Part shown: positions 43,111 through 53,004 of the stretch, in pieces
Layout of the letters: every line of letters begins with the position of its first letter
How positions within the stretch are numbered: position 1 is the stretch's first letter
Notes under the pieces: generated by a model
What the model was told of the DNA's origin: nothing
Seen by the model: the letters and a program-made list of their open reading frames with translations, nothing else
Database searches by the model: none
Origin: Balneolaceae bacterium
Lineage (GTDB): Bacteria > Bacteroidota > Rhodothermia > Balneolales > Balneolaceae
Length of the DNA stretch: 64,000 nucleotides
Reading direction: 5' to 3'
Assembly (NCBI GenBank): GCA_007693295.1
Contig: REDT01000264.1
Coordinates: 146-64,145, forward strand
Position numbers and translations under genes: made by a program

Positions 43111-43824
43111 TTACAACAAATTTGCTTTGAATGTGGATGGAATCAGTGACCAAATGTTATCTGTTTCTTCACTCAATACGGAGTGTTGGTGTTCGATATA
43201 CTTCATCCAGAGTATATCACTCATTTTTAATGTTTGATCCCTGTTCGGGTCATTAAGATAACTGATTAAGCGAATATCTACTGAAGAAATTGCTTTTAAA
43301 AGTGCCGTATCATTTAAATTCGGCATAAACTCTATCGGGTTGTTATAGTAACTGTTCTCGTCCTTAAAACCATCCAGGTGAACATTGATATCGTAGTAAC
43401 CCGACATCGAGATCAATCTGTTAAATGAGTATGGATATTTAAGTGCAAAAATTAAAGCCTGGTAGGCACCTAAACCTGAACCTGCTGATATAAGGTAAGG
43501 ATTTGCGTTTTCTTCAGATATAAATGGCAACACTTCATCCATGATATACATCTGATATTGATTTTCGCGCATTAACCTTACATAAGGGTCCACGTCTTTA
43601 TTGAAATAGCTTTCATAGGCAACACTGTCCACACAGAAGAATTGATTATATCCATTTTCAATCTGCTCTTGAACTTCACCCATAACTCCCTGGTCTTCCC
43701 ATTCATTGAACCTGCCATGATCGGAAGGGAATATTAGGACAGGTGTACCTCCAGTCCCGAATATCAGGATCTCCATATCTCTCCCCAGACTTGGACTTTT
43801 CCATTTGCGGTATTCTCTTTGCAT
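43111..43824 (-). CDS. Esterase-family alpha/beta hydrolase homologue (degenerate catalytic motif)
   Basis: WKSPSLGRDMEILIFGTGGTPVLIFP, FFCVDSV, YIMDEVLPFI, SMSGYYD; nucleophile elbow reads GSGLG. Confidence 0.75.
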   Translation of the reverse strand: MQREYRKWKSPSLGRDMEILIFGTGGTPVLIFPSDHGRFNEWEDQGVMGEVQEQIENGYNQFFCVDSVAYESYFNKDVDPYVRLMRENQYQMYIMDEVLPFISEENANPYLISAGSGLGAYQALIFALKYPYSFNRLISMSGYYDINVHLDGFKDENSYYNNPIEFMPNLNDTALLKAISSVDIRLISYLNDPNRDQTLKMSDILWMKYIEHQHSVLSEETDNIWSLIPSTFKANLL

Positions 43825-43923
43825 GATTTTTTTTTTGAGTTAATGGATAACTATCATGCAAGATATAAGAAAAATAAAACTTCTGTAAGCGCTTTTCTGT
43901 TAAATGGAATTATTTTTCGCCAT

Positions 43924-44895
43924 TTACCTGCTTCGCAGGCTTAACATTACCTTTGGCACCATGGAGAGCTTCTCGGTTGAGTTTAAAAAAGCTCGTTGGC
44001 GAAACACATTATATCCGTTTTCCTCAATTTTATTCAGTATCCGGCTGTAATTTGCACGGGCAAGTCCAACAGGCAGGCGGCTGTCTCTATTCAACATGCC
44101 TATGCCACGATCAGCACTTTCATAATATTTTTTAGCTCTGCCAATTTGAAACTTCATAAATTCAATAAAGTTTTCCGACATATTATGATTAAACAGGTCC
44201 TCTTCTGTTACCCCAAAACGGTCTAATTCATCTTTTGGCAAGTAGATTCTGTTTTTTGTAAGATCTTCGCCAACGTCTCGTAAAATATTGGTCAGCTGCA
44301 TGGCTATACCAAGATCTACGGCATGTTCTACGGCTTTTGGGTTTTCATATCCAAATACTTCACTGGTCATCAAACCCACAACAGAGGCCACTTTGTATGA
44401 GTATTCATAGAGCTCATCAAATGTAGCATAGCGGTCTTTGGTTAAATCCATCTTAACCCCTTCCATCAATAGCATTGGAAATTTGATTGAAATATTGAAG
44501 CTGTTTAGGGTATCAGAGAAGGCAAGCATAATGGGGTCGCTTTGCTCATTACCATTGTATGTGTTTATAAGCTTCTCTTTAAAATGGTCGAGCTTTACCA
44601 GGATTTCCTCACAGGTAATTTTCTGCTGAAGCATCAAATCTTCACTTTCATCGACTAAATCATCCAGATAACGACACAACCCATATATAGCAAAAATGCT
44701 GCGCTGCTTATGGTTGGGCAAAAAACGAGTTGCCATATAGAACGTTTTGGCATGCAAACGGGTCATTGATCTGCAGTGATCATAGGCGTGCATCAATTCT
44801 TCGTCCTTGATCTCGGTAATAACCGATTTATGAAAGTTCGTTCTTTCATAAAATGGACGGATCATCGTTATTGGAAATTTTAAAATACTCGACAT
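43924..44895 (-). CDS. crtB: Phytoene synthase
   Basis: AKTFY, CRYLDDLVD, YSYKVASVVG, LGIAMQLTNILRDVGED. Confidence 0.92.
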   Translation of the reverse strand: MSSILKFPITMIRPFYERTNFHKSVITEIKDEELMHAYDHCRSMTRLHAKTFYMATRFLPNHKQRSIFAIYGLCRYLDDLVDESEDLMLQQKITCEEILVKLDHFKEKLINTYNGNEQSDPIMLAFSDTLNSFNISIKFPMLLMEGVKMDLTKDRYATFDELYEYSYKVASVVGLMTSEVFGYENPKAVEHAVDLGIAMQLTNILRDVGEDLTKNRIYLPKDELDRFGVTEEDLFNHNMSENFIEFMKFQIGRAKKYYESADRGIGMLNRDSRLPVGLARANYSRILNKIEENGYNVFRQRAFLNSTEKLSMVPKVMLSLRSR

Positions 44896-45090
44896 AATGT
44901 ATAACGCTCCACATATGAATTGAGTTGGTAATTAGTATAAGCAATGCTTCTACGTGCTCAAATAGTTCCCGTTTATTTAATTTTTTAAGTAATCATTAAT
45001 TTCTTTCTGTCATTTTTAGTTCAACCGATTTAAGAGTATTTTCATCATTGCTTTTATTTGCTCTCTATTTAATTTCAATACGGTGATTCG

Positions 45091-46116
45091 ATGAAATCCA
45101 AACACAAAAAAATTACAATATATCAGGTAGCTCAGCGTGCAGGAGTTGCAATATCTACGGTTTCAAGGGTCATTAATAATTCGCCAAATGTATCCAAGAA
45201 AACCAAGGATAAAGTTAATGAAGCCATAAATGATCTGAATTTCAGACCCCAGGTGAGCGCGCGTAAACTTGCCAGCCGTGAACCTCAAATGCTGGCCATT
45301 GCTGTTCCTTCGTTTACAACACCCTACTACAATGAAGTACTGAAAGGTGTAAAGGACGAGATCAGAGAGATGGACCTGGATATCGTGATCTATAATACCG
45401 GTTCAAAGAACCCAAAAGAGGGTATTGAGAACTTTTTCCACAGAGGAACCGCTGATACAGTTATAACGATTAGTATAGATATCGACGAAAATGTACATCG
45501 CCAGTTACAATCTTCTGAAATACCCATTGTACTGATCGGAAGCTCACACCCCGACTATAATTATTTTGAATTAAATAACAGAAAAGGTGGATTTTTAGCA
45601 GGTGAACATCTTATTAAACAGGGTTATAAAAAATTGGGGTTTATAACACCGGCAATTGAAACAAAAGCTGCCAATTACAGAAAACAGGGGTTTTTAGATG
45701 CCCTGCATGAGTTTAAGATGCCTGTAATTGAAAAGTTTTTTCTGTCAGGTGACAGTACAAAACATGCCGGTTTCACAGAAGAAGCCGGTTTTGAAGCCAT
45801 TTTTAAATATGATAAAATGGGCGAATTTCCGGATGCAATCTTCTGCTCCAGTGATACTCAAGCCATTGGCGCTTACCATGCGCTGAATAAGCTTGGTATT
45901 AAAGTTCCGGAAGATATTGGCATAATGGGTTACGATAATATCAAATTTTCAAGGTACCTGGACCTCACCACCATCGATCAGAAAATGTATTCTGTTGGTG
46001 TAATGGCTACAAAAAGGCTGGCCGAAATTATTCGTCATCAACCCGAAGACAAGGTTCAGGAAACGATAGACCCTGTTTTGATTGCCAGGAATTCGACCAA
46101 AAAATCAAATACGTAG
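45091..46116 (+). CDS. LacI family transcriptional regulator
   Basis: TIYQVAQRAGVAISTVSRVIN HTH, VPEDIGIMGYDN, LTTIDQ. Confidence 0.95.
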   Translation: MKSKHKKITIYQVAQRAGVAISTVSRVINNSPNVSKKTKDKVNEAINDLNFRPQVSARKLASREPQMLAIAVPSFTTPYYNEVLKGVKDEIREMDLDIVIYNTGSKNPKEGIENFFHRGTADTVITISIDIDENVHRQLQSSEIPIVLIGSSHPDYNYFELNNRKGGFLAGEHLIKQGYKKLGFITPAIETKAANYRKQGFLDALHEFKMPVIEKFFLSGDSTKHAGFTEEAGFEAIFKYDKMGEFPDAIFCSSDTQAIGAYHALNKLGIKVPEDIGIMGYDNIKFSRYLDLTTIDQKMYSVGVMATKRLAEIIRHQPEDKVQETIDPVLIARNSTKKSNT

Positions 46117-46127
46117 TAGTTTAGTTA

Positions 46128-47084
46128 ATGATTGATCAAAAAGAGGCCCTGGAGAACTGCATTACCACCTCAAATGCTACTCTGCCTTCTGAGCCGTACA
46201 GGGGTAAAGTTCGCGATGTTTATACGCTGAATCACAAGATGCTGGGCATCGTTGTAACCGATCGGATTTCCGCTTTTGATCATATCATGAAGCAGGCTAT
46301 TCCATTTAAGGGGCAGATACTGAATCAGCTATCTGCTTTTTCATTTGACAAGGTAAAAGAGATCGTACCCAACCACCTGCTGGCTGTGCCTCACCCTAAT
46401 GTCACCATTGCGAAAAAATGCGACCCTATCCCAATTGAAGTCGTCATTCGCGGATATTTAACCGGTCATGCCTGGAGAACGTATAAATCGGGTAAGCGAG
46501 AGCTGTGCGGGGTTAAACTTCCGGGAGGTATGGTAGAGCATCAGCGTTTTGACTCACCCATTCTTACTCCGGCAACTAAAGCCACGGAAGGTCATGATGA
46601 GGATATATCTGAAGATGAGATATTAAATCAAAATATTGTGGACGAGTCCCTTTGGAATCAAATAAGGGCTGTAGCTTTTCAACTTTTTGATTTGGGAACT
46701 GAAGTAGCTGCAAAGAGAGGCCTTATTCTTGTAGATACTAAATATGAATTTGGTATGTACGAGGGGGAGTTGACGTTAATCGACGAGGTTCACACATCCG
46801 ATTCTTCACGTTATTTCTATGCGGATGGATATGAACAGCGATTGAAGGAGGGTAAACCTCAAAAGCAGCTGTCGAAAGAGTTTTTGCGGGAGTGGCTGAT
46901 GGAGCACGATTTCCAGGGACTGGAGGGACAAGAACTTCCAAACCTCCCAGACACCTTCCGCTGGAGCATCTACCAGCGTTATGCAGAGCTATATAACACA
47001 TTGACAGGCGAACAGTTCGAACCACGGATTATAAAGAACTTTGATGAAGAGCTCGACTCAATTTTTATTGAGTATAAAGGATAG
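46128..47084 (+). CDS. purC: SAICAR synthase
   Basis: GKVRDVY, TDRISAFD, LVDTKYEFG, DEVHTSDSSR, LSKEFLREW. Confidence 0.96.
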   Translation: MIDQKEALENCITTSNATLPSEPYRGKVRDVYTLNHKMLGIVVTDRISAFDHIMKQAIPFKGQILNQLSAFSFDKVKEIVPNHLLAVPHPNVTIAKKCDPIPIEVVIRGYLTGHAWRTYKSGKRELCGVKLPGGMVEHQRFDSPILTPATKATEGHDEDISEDEILNQNIVDESLWNQIRAVAFQLFDLGTEVAAKRGLILVDTKYEFGMYEGELTLIDEVHTSDSSRYFYADGYEQRLKEGKPQKQLSKEFLREWLMEHDFQGLEGQELPNLPDTFRWSIYQRYAELYNTLTGEQFEPRIIKNFDEELDSIFIEYKG

Positions 47085-47088
47085 GAAA

Positions 47089-47874
47089 CTATAAATCCTT
47101 TTTGACCGCAATAAATGCAGTGTGGTAGTGAACAACTATTTTTCCGCCATTTTGTTGAAGCCAGTAGCTATTTAGAAGTCTTAACTGTTTCGGGGTCAGT
47201 TTTTTCCCGGTAAAACTGGTTGATGTACCGGTGTTTTTCATGTGCCTGAAAAAAGTAAACAGATTCTCAAACTGTTCGCTGGATTGATCTTCATAAAAAT
47301 CGACTTTTACAGGTCCTGTCGATAGGTTTATCACAAGCTTTTCTACATCCGGCAAGGGGTTAACGGTAAATGGTAATCCCAGTTCAAGACAGTACTTCTT
47401 CCATTGCGGATACGACTCACTTCCGGGAAATGACATCAGCATAAAACCACCCGGTTTCAATGAATTTGCCATTTTGGACAGAGCCATCGATGGGTCTTTA
47501 AGCCATTGAGCAACAAAATTCCCCGTAATCATCGAATAGTAATCTTCAGGCCAATCATAATCTTCAATATCGATGATTTCAAAATCTATGTGCCCGGAAT
47601 CGCCAAAACTGTTCCTGCAAAAATCCACCATTTCAGGAGATGCATCAGAAATAATGATACGCTCTCTATTGAACATTTGAACAAGATGCTTGGTGAAAAA
47701 CCCTGTTCCCGCCCCTACCTCTAAGATTGGTCCGGGCGGAATGGAATATTGCCAAGGCTCCAGTGCACGTGCCATTCTTTTCGCGGTTTCCTTTTGCAGA
47801 TTGGCATGTTCCGAATAGTAGCTAACTGAATCAGAAAAAGCTTTCAGCATCACTTTCTTGTTATAATCTATCAT
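47089..47874 (-). CDS. SAM-dependent methyltransferase, BioC-like
   Basis: FSDSVSYYSEHANLQ N-terminus, ILEVGAGTG, QWL, LKPGG. Confidence 0.75.
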   Translation of the reverse strand: MIDYNKKVMLKAFSDSVSYYSEHANLQKETAKRMARALEPWQYSIPPGPILEVGAGTGFFTKHLVQMFNRERIIISDASPEMVDFCRNSFGDSGHIDFEIIDIEDYDWPEDYYSMITGNFVAQWLKDPSMALSKMANSLKPGGFMLMSFPGSESYPQWKKYCLELGLPFTVNPLPDVEKLVINLSTGPVKVDFYEDQSSEQFENLFTFFRHMKNTGTSTSFTGKKLTPKQLRLLNSYWLQQNGGKIVVHYHTAFIAVKKDL

Positions 47875-48575
47875 CTGCTTATCGTGTTTGTAATTCTGGT
47901 GTCGATAATTGACCGTAATATTTCAACACACTTATCGGCATGTGTAACCGGAAAAGCGTGGCCAGCCTTTAATAGTTCAAAATATTGGCTTCTGTATCGT
48001 AACGCATTAAACATTTTTCGGGCCTTTTTTTTGCTTACCAACCTGTCTTCTGAGCCGTGAAGAATAGTGATATTGTCAAGATCAAAAAAACGCTGATGAG
48101 AATGTTTGTCCCTATCCATCATACTCAGATCAGAAAGCAACAGATCGTGATTCAGTATACCTGGGATCTCTAAATTATTTTTTATCGGTGAAAAGGCTAA
48201 ATCGTAATAATCACTGAGCACTTTTTCAGGAGCGTCAACAAATTGCGCCTGCATCTGTCTCATCAGTAATTTCGATTTCCTGTAGAGGTCCATGTCTACC
48301 GGATGAAAGTTTAAATACCCGCTAAATGTAACCAGATGATCGGCCTGATCAATCAGGTTACTGTTGCACCATTGAAGCCCGCCGGAGTGGGCAAAAATAA
48401 CTTTTAAATCTTTATCCCGATCAAATTCGGTTTGCACTGCTGTTGAAAAGTATCCTCTGTCTGCAGCATCAAACTGCACCCGATCTCCCAGTTTATCTTT
48501 TATTGAACTCCAAAATGCTGCTGAAAAACCCCATCCATGAAATGCTAATATATGAATGGCCGGTTTGTAACTCAT
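47871..48575 (-). CDS. Alpha/beta hydrolase, BioH-like pimeloyl-ACP methyl ester esterase candidate
   Basis: FHGWG oxyanion loop, AHSGG Ser, HGSED Asp, AGHAFP His; overlaps the start of the BioC-like gene; start chosen at MSYKP. Confidence 0.65.
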   Translation of the reverse strand: MSYKPAIHILAFHGWGFSAAFWSSIKDKLGDRVQFDAADRGYFSTAVQTEFDRDKDLKVIFAHSGGLQWCNSNLIDQADHLVTFSGYLNFHPVDMDLYRKSKLLMRQMQAQFVDAPEKVLSDYYDLAFSPIKNNLEIPGILNHDLLLSDLSMMDRDKHSHQRFFDLDNITILHGSEDRLVSKKKARKMFNALRYRSQYFELLKAGHAFPVTHADKCVEILRSIIDTRITNTISR

Positions 48576-48706
48576 CGGTTTTGAGGTCTGTTTGGGAAAT
48601 TGGCCATGCAAAGTACAGATCTGATCAGGTTGATGTGATCTGTACTGTACAATCTGATTTATGAATCAAACTCAGGTTTATGATAACTGCGTTATCAGCA
48701 AAATTA

Positions 48707-49810
48707 CTAATTCAACCTGTTAGTGATGGCGTTCTGCCTATCGCTGTTCCATGTTGAATCGGATTCAAAGGTTCTGCCCATTGCCTGAAATTGGCGCACA
48801 AATCTTCTCTTGTTTACGCTTGGGGCAAATTGCCAGTATTCAACCATAAACAATCGTTCAGTTTCAGGATCATAATATGTGAAATTGACAAAAGGCCCAC
48901 CCATAAAGTTACCTGTCATCCTCCATGTACCCAGTGTTTCATAACCAATAATCCGATCATCTCTATCTATTGGATTGGTCAGAACCGGACGCCCGAATTC
49001 TGTGGTTACATAAGAGTTCTCCCGTTCCCCCCTCATGTAGAGTTCCATAAGGGAGTCGCGTGTAGCGTTAATCCATTGGCTATCCAAGAAATCAATATCC
49101 GGCACATCATCTTTCCACCATGCCCACATACGTCGATTGTTGTCCGGCAGATATCTGGCAAATACAACCGCATTTGCAGAGTCTGCAATCTGTATGTAAT
49201 CGTGCTGCATTCTTACTTTCCAGCCAGCTTTTTCCCAAAGAGAGTCGCTGATTGCAACCTGCTCTCCCCTTCGGAATACTTCCTGCTTACGCCGTTCAAA
49301 CTCCCGGTTCTCCAGGTGGCTGACAAGTGAAGTTTCGGAGTTACGAATTTTTTCAGCCAGTTCAGCGTCACTGGTTGATGAGAGAATGAGAACCCATTGA
49401 TCCCGTACCCACCGGTCTTCTATAGGAAAAGCAAAACTTTCGCCCTCTCGTATTCTATTTTCTACATCAGAGCTTAAAATAGCCCTGATAAACGTACCCA
49501 CATTAGTCTGTTCATCAATAGTGGCAGCAAAAATAACATTCTTGTATTCTCTGAGCCTGTCGAGCTGTTGATTATTTCTAAAGTCACGAAATGTGAGGGT
49601 ATATCTCGGTTCAAACGCACCGGGCAGAGTTTCAATACCGGCTCCAAAAGTCTCTTCAATGGCCAAAGCAGCCTCACTATCCCACTGTGTAGAGTCCATA
49701 ACTACTATAACCTCGTCGATACTGCCAATCGACATCGGCCTGTAGTCACTTTCACACGCATTTAAAAAAAAGAGAGCCACAATGGGGAGTACCAGGAATA
49801 TTTTTTTCAT
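48707..49810 (-). CDS. DUF4837-like lipoprotein
   Basis: Lipobox LNAC; GSIDEVIVVMD, GTWRMTGNFMGGPF, FAPSVNKR. Confidence 0.7.
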   Translation of the reverse strand: MKKIFLVLPIVALFFLNACESDYRPMSIGSIDEVIVVMDSTQWDSEAALAIEETFGAGIETLPGAFEPRYTLTFRDFRNNQQLDRLREYKNVIFAATIDEQTNVGTFIRAILSSDVENRIREGESFAFPIEDRWVRDQWVLILSSTSDAELAEKIRNSETSLVSHLENREFERRKQEVFRRGEQVAISDSLWEKAGWKVRMQHDYIQIADSANAVVFARYLPDNNRRMWAWWKDDVPDIDFLDSQWINATRDSLMELYMRGERENSYVTTEFGRPVLTNPIDRDDRIIGYETLGTWRMTGNFMGGPFVNFTYYDPETERLFMVEYWQFAPSVNKRRFVRQFQAMGRTFESDSTWNSDRQNAITNRLN

Positions 49811-49836
49811 AGTTTTTAACGTCTCGGGTGAATAAG

Positions 49837-50652
49837 TCATTCAATATTTCCAAATTTCAATTCTTTAACAAACAGAAAAACGTTCTGTTGCCAATCTTTA
49901 TTGGGATAATGATTGCGAATTGTATCAATTAATGCGCTTCCAACAATAAATCCATCAACTTTTTTGGATATCAGCTGAGCATCCTCATAGTTCTTGATGC
50001 CAAACCCTACAAGTTTGGGGTTCCGTTTTACATTGGTTTTTACCCGGTCAATAAATCTTTCAACCGATTGCGCTACCTCTTCACCCTTGCGAGCGCCTGT
50101 GACGCCCGTAACGGACACGCAGTAGACAAAGCCGCTACTATGTTGATCCACCTGCTGCATTCGATTGTCGGTTGAATTTGGAGCCACAAGGTAGATCATA
50201 TCCAACCCGTGTTTGCCGGCAGATTCAGATACAATTGATGACTCTTCAAGAGGGGCATCCGGAATAATCAAACCGTCTACTCCGCTCTCTTCTGCCTCAC
50301 TGCAAAACTTCTCCACACCGTATCTCAAAATAGGGTTGATATATCCCATCAAAATGATCGGTATCTGAGACTGCTTTCGAACTTCGCGAACCATCTCAAA
50401 AATCTTCTTCATGGTTATCCCGTTCTCAATAGCCACATTACTGGCAAGCTGGATTGTAGGCCCATCAGCCAGAGGATCGCTAAAAGGCATTCCAAGCTCT
50501 ATGATATCGGCACCGTTTTTTTCGAAACCGAGAATAAGGTCTACCGTCGATTCCAAATCAGGATAACCGGCTGTGATAAACAGCGACATAATCTTTTCGT
50601 CGCTATTTCTCGTTTCAAAAACTGTTTGTATTCGGGAAGTTTTGGTAGTCAT
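49837..50652 (-). CDS. trpA: Tryptophan synthase alpha subunit
   Basis: IELGMPFSDPLADGPTIQ, GVTGAR, VGFGI, IVGSA. Confidence 0.97.
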   Translation of the reverse strand: MTTKTSRIQTVFETRNSDEKIMSLFITAGYPDLESTVDLILGFEKNGADIIELGMPFSDPLADGPTIQLASNVAIENGITMKKIFEMVREVRKQSQIPIILMGYINPILRYGVEKFCSEAEESGVDGLIIPDAPLEESSIVSESAGKHGLDMIYLVAPNSTDNRMQQVDQHSSGFVYCVSVTGVTGARKGEEVAQSVERFIDRVKTNVKRNPKLVGFGIKNYEDAQLISKKVDGFIVGSALIDTIRNHYPNKDWQQNVFLFVKELKFGNIE

Positions 50653-50687
50653 TGATTTTAAAAAATAAGTTGAGTTTGCAAAGAAAG

Positions 50688-50867
50688 AGTCTCCCTTCCC
50701 CCGAAGGGATCCCTATGGGAGAAGGGGGAAAGTGCCAAAGGCACAGGGGGATGATAGGCAAAGAAACGAGGTTTTAAAATGAATCAATGCTATATCAACG
50801 CTCCGTAAGACATCCCCCCGACCAAATGCTGATCGCATTTGGTCATGCCCCCTTCGAAGGGGGACTT
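50688..50867. repeat. Family A bipartite palindromic element with nested dyad insertion; overlaps the trpB 3' end
   Basis: AGTCTCCCTTC[CCCCGAAGGGATCCCTATGGGA]GAAGGGGG-hairpin-GGGGGATG ... CATCCCCCC-hairpin-CCCCCTTCGAAGGGGGACTT. Confidence 0.85.
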
Positions 50868-52054
50868 TCTCTAAACCACTCTGAAATCGTGCCCATGTCT
50901 TTGTCGCCGCGACCCGAACAGTTTACCACTACAATTTGATCTTTCTGAGTGAGCGGCATAAGGGTTTCCAGGTATGCAAAGGCGTGAGCCGTTTCGATTG
51001 CCGGAATGATACCCTCTTTCTCTGAGATCAGTTTAACAGCATTCATTGCCTGTTCGTCGGTTACCCCATAGTAGTGCACTCTTTTCGTGTCGTGCAGAAA
51101 GGAGTGTTCAGGGCCAATTCCGGGATAATCGAGACCTGCACTGATCGAGTGTGCAAGCTGTATCTGTCCTTCACTGTTATGAAGCAGGTAGCTCAGCGAA
51201 CCGTGTAACACACCCGGAGTGCCTATTGTGAGTGTTGCAGCCGTTTGATCTGTATCTGCTCCCAACCCGGCAGCTTCAATACCAATCATCTTTACATCCT
51301 CATCTTCAATAAATGGATAGAAAAATCCTATTGCATTACTCCCGCCCCCAACGCAGGCAACAAGATAGTCAGGCAGCCTGCCTTCAGCCAGTTTGATCTG
51401 ATCTTTAGTCTCTTCACCGATTACCCTGTGGAAGTTTCGCGTCATCATTGGGTATGGGTGCGGGCCAACAACAGAGCCGATGATGTAGAATGTGTTCTCG
51501 ACATTTGTTACCCAATCCCGAATCGCTTCGTTTGTGGCATCTTTCAATGTTTTTGATCCGCTGTCAACGGATCTTACTTCGGCACCCATCAACCTCATGC
51601 GATCCACATTCAGTTTTTGCCGAACCATATCCTCTGCACCCATGTAGATTACACACTCAAACCCGAATTTTGCACAGGCGGTTGCTGTAGCTACACCGTG
51701 CTGGCCGGCCCCGGTTTCAGCAATAATGCGGGTTTTCCCCATATTACGGGCAAGCAGTAACTGTCCAATAGCGTTATTAATCTTATGTGCTCCCGTATGA
51801 CAGAGATCTTCCCGCTTAAAGTAGATCTTTCCCCTGCCATAGTAGTCGGTTAACCGGTTTGCATAGGTGAGCTTGGTCGGCCGGCCCACATATTCCCGCA
51901 GCAGATCGTGATACTCTTTCTGAAAGAGCGGATCATTTTGCGTCTCTTCATATGCAATTTCAAGTTCTTCAAGGGCGGGGATTAAAATTTCAGGCACAAA
52001 TTTTCCGCCGTACTTACCGAAATAACCCTGTTTTGTTGGTGCTGTGTATTTCAT
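50843..52054 (-). CDS. trpB: Tryptophan synthase beta subunit
   Basis: [39 protein letters not shown]. Confidence 0.98.
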   Translation of the reverse strand: MKYTAPTKQGYFGKYGGKFVPEILIPALEELEIAYEETQNDPLFQKEYHDLLREYVGRPTKLTYANRLTDYYGRGKIYFKREDLCHTGAHKINNAIGQLLLARNMGKTRIIAETGAGQHGVATATACAKFGFECVIYMGAEDMVRQKLNVDRMRLMGAEVRSVDSGSKTLKDATNEAIRDWVTNVENTFYIIGSVVGPHPYPMMTRNFHRVIGEETKDQIKLAEGRLPDYLVACVGGGSNAIGFFYPFIEDEDVKMIGIEAAGLGADTDQTAATLTIGTPGVLHGSLSYLLHNSEGQIQLAHSISAGLDYPGIGPEHSFLHDTKRVHYYGVTDEQAMNAVKLISEKEGIIPAIETAHAFAYLETLMPLTQKDQIVVVNCSGRGDKDMGTISEWFRESPPSKGA

Positions 52055-52059
52055 ATTTC

Positions 52060-52150
52060 TATTGAGTAATCAGTATCAAGTATAGAGTAGCAGGATGGGA
52101 TTGATATCAAAAACGTTATCAAATCATCTCAATACTCGCTACTTGATACT
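52060..52150. repeat. Family B inverted heptamer array (no cargo)
   Basis: Left TATTGAG-TAATCAG-TATCAAG-TATAGAG-TAGCAGG; right TCTCAAT-ACTCGCT-ACTTGAT-ACT; 23-mer 52128-52150 identical to 55963-55985. Confidence 0.85.
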
Positions 52151-52161
52151 GTTGTCTATAT

Positions 52162-52827
52162 TTATAATTCCTGTTCGTCCCAGATTTCACGCATTACATC
52201 GAAGAAAGCTTCTATTTTATCAAAATCTTTCAATCCGGGTGATTCTTCAAGTCCGCTGGAGAGATCAACCACTGTTGGTTGAACACTCTCTATAGCTTCT
52301 GAGATATTCCCGGCGTTTAATCCACCGGAGAGAAAAAACGGCTTCTCATCTGTAATCTCCTGTAAGATATTCCAATCAAACGTTTTGCCGGTTCCACCCC
52401 ACAAACCGTCAGATTTTGTATCAAAAAGGTAATAATCTGCGACATCCCTATAAGGATCCATTTCAGATTTTAGTTCATCTGAGCTCTTACTTTCTGTAAT
52501 GTGAAAAACTTTGATAACGGGCTTATCCACAAGAGCACAGTATTCCGGAGATTCATTGCCATGCAGCTGTACAAGGTCTATACCGGTACTCCTGGAGATG
52601 CTATTCACGTCATCCAGCGGCTGATTAACGAATACCCCAACTTTTTCCGGCCCTTCCAGCCAATTGATAATCGCACCGGCCTTTGCAGGGTCGATAAAGC
52701 GGGGGCTGTCCGGATAAAAGATAAATCCCAGATAATCAGCCAGTGCACCGGATGCAAAGCGGGCATCCTCAAGTGTAGTGATGCCGCAAATTTTTACCTT
52801 GGTTCTGTTTTCGGGTTCTGCAAACAT
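52162..52827 (-). CDS. trpF: Phosphoribosylanthranilate isomerase
   Basis: KVKICGIT, VGVFVNQ, QLHGNE, GGTGKTFDW, LSGGL; start at MFAEP because the upstream extension is repeat-derived. Confidence 0.95.
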   Translation of the reverse strand: MFAEPENRTKVKICGITTLEDARFASGALADYLGFIFYPDSPRFIDPAKAGAIINWLEGPEKVGVFVNQPLDDVNSISRSTGIDLVQLHGNESPEYCALVDKPVIKVFHITESKSSDELKSEMDPYRDVADYYLFDTKSDGLWGGTGKTFDWNILQEITDEKPFFLSGGLNAGNISEAIESVQPTVVDLSSGLEESPGLKDFDKIEAFFDVMREIWDEQEL

Positions 52828-52859
52828 GGTTTTGATTGTTGATGGTGATGTTAACTTAA

Positions 52860-53003
52860 AAGTCCCCTCTGGAGAGGGCTCATTTTTTGATCGCGCAAGC
52901 GAAAAAGCGTAATGAGCGTCCAGCGAATTAGCGAGGGGTGTGTCCATAACTGACTCAGAAGCCTGACTTACACACCCCTAAATCCCCTCTCTAGAGGGGA
53001 ATT
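52860..53003. repeat. Family A bipartite palindromic element
   Basis: AAGTCCCCTCTGGAGAGG...GAGGGGTGTGT / ACACACCCCTAAATCCCCTCTCTAGAGGGGAATT. Confidence 0.85.
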
Positions 53004-53004
53004 C

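Noticed and set aside
52828..52947. 40-aa N-terminal extension of TrpF
   Set aside because: Derived from the family A repeat; ATG at 52827 gives a normal TrpF start
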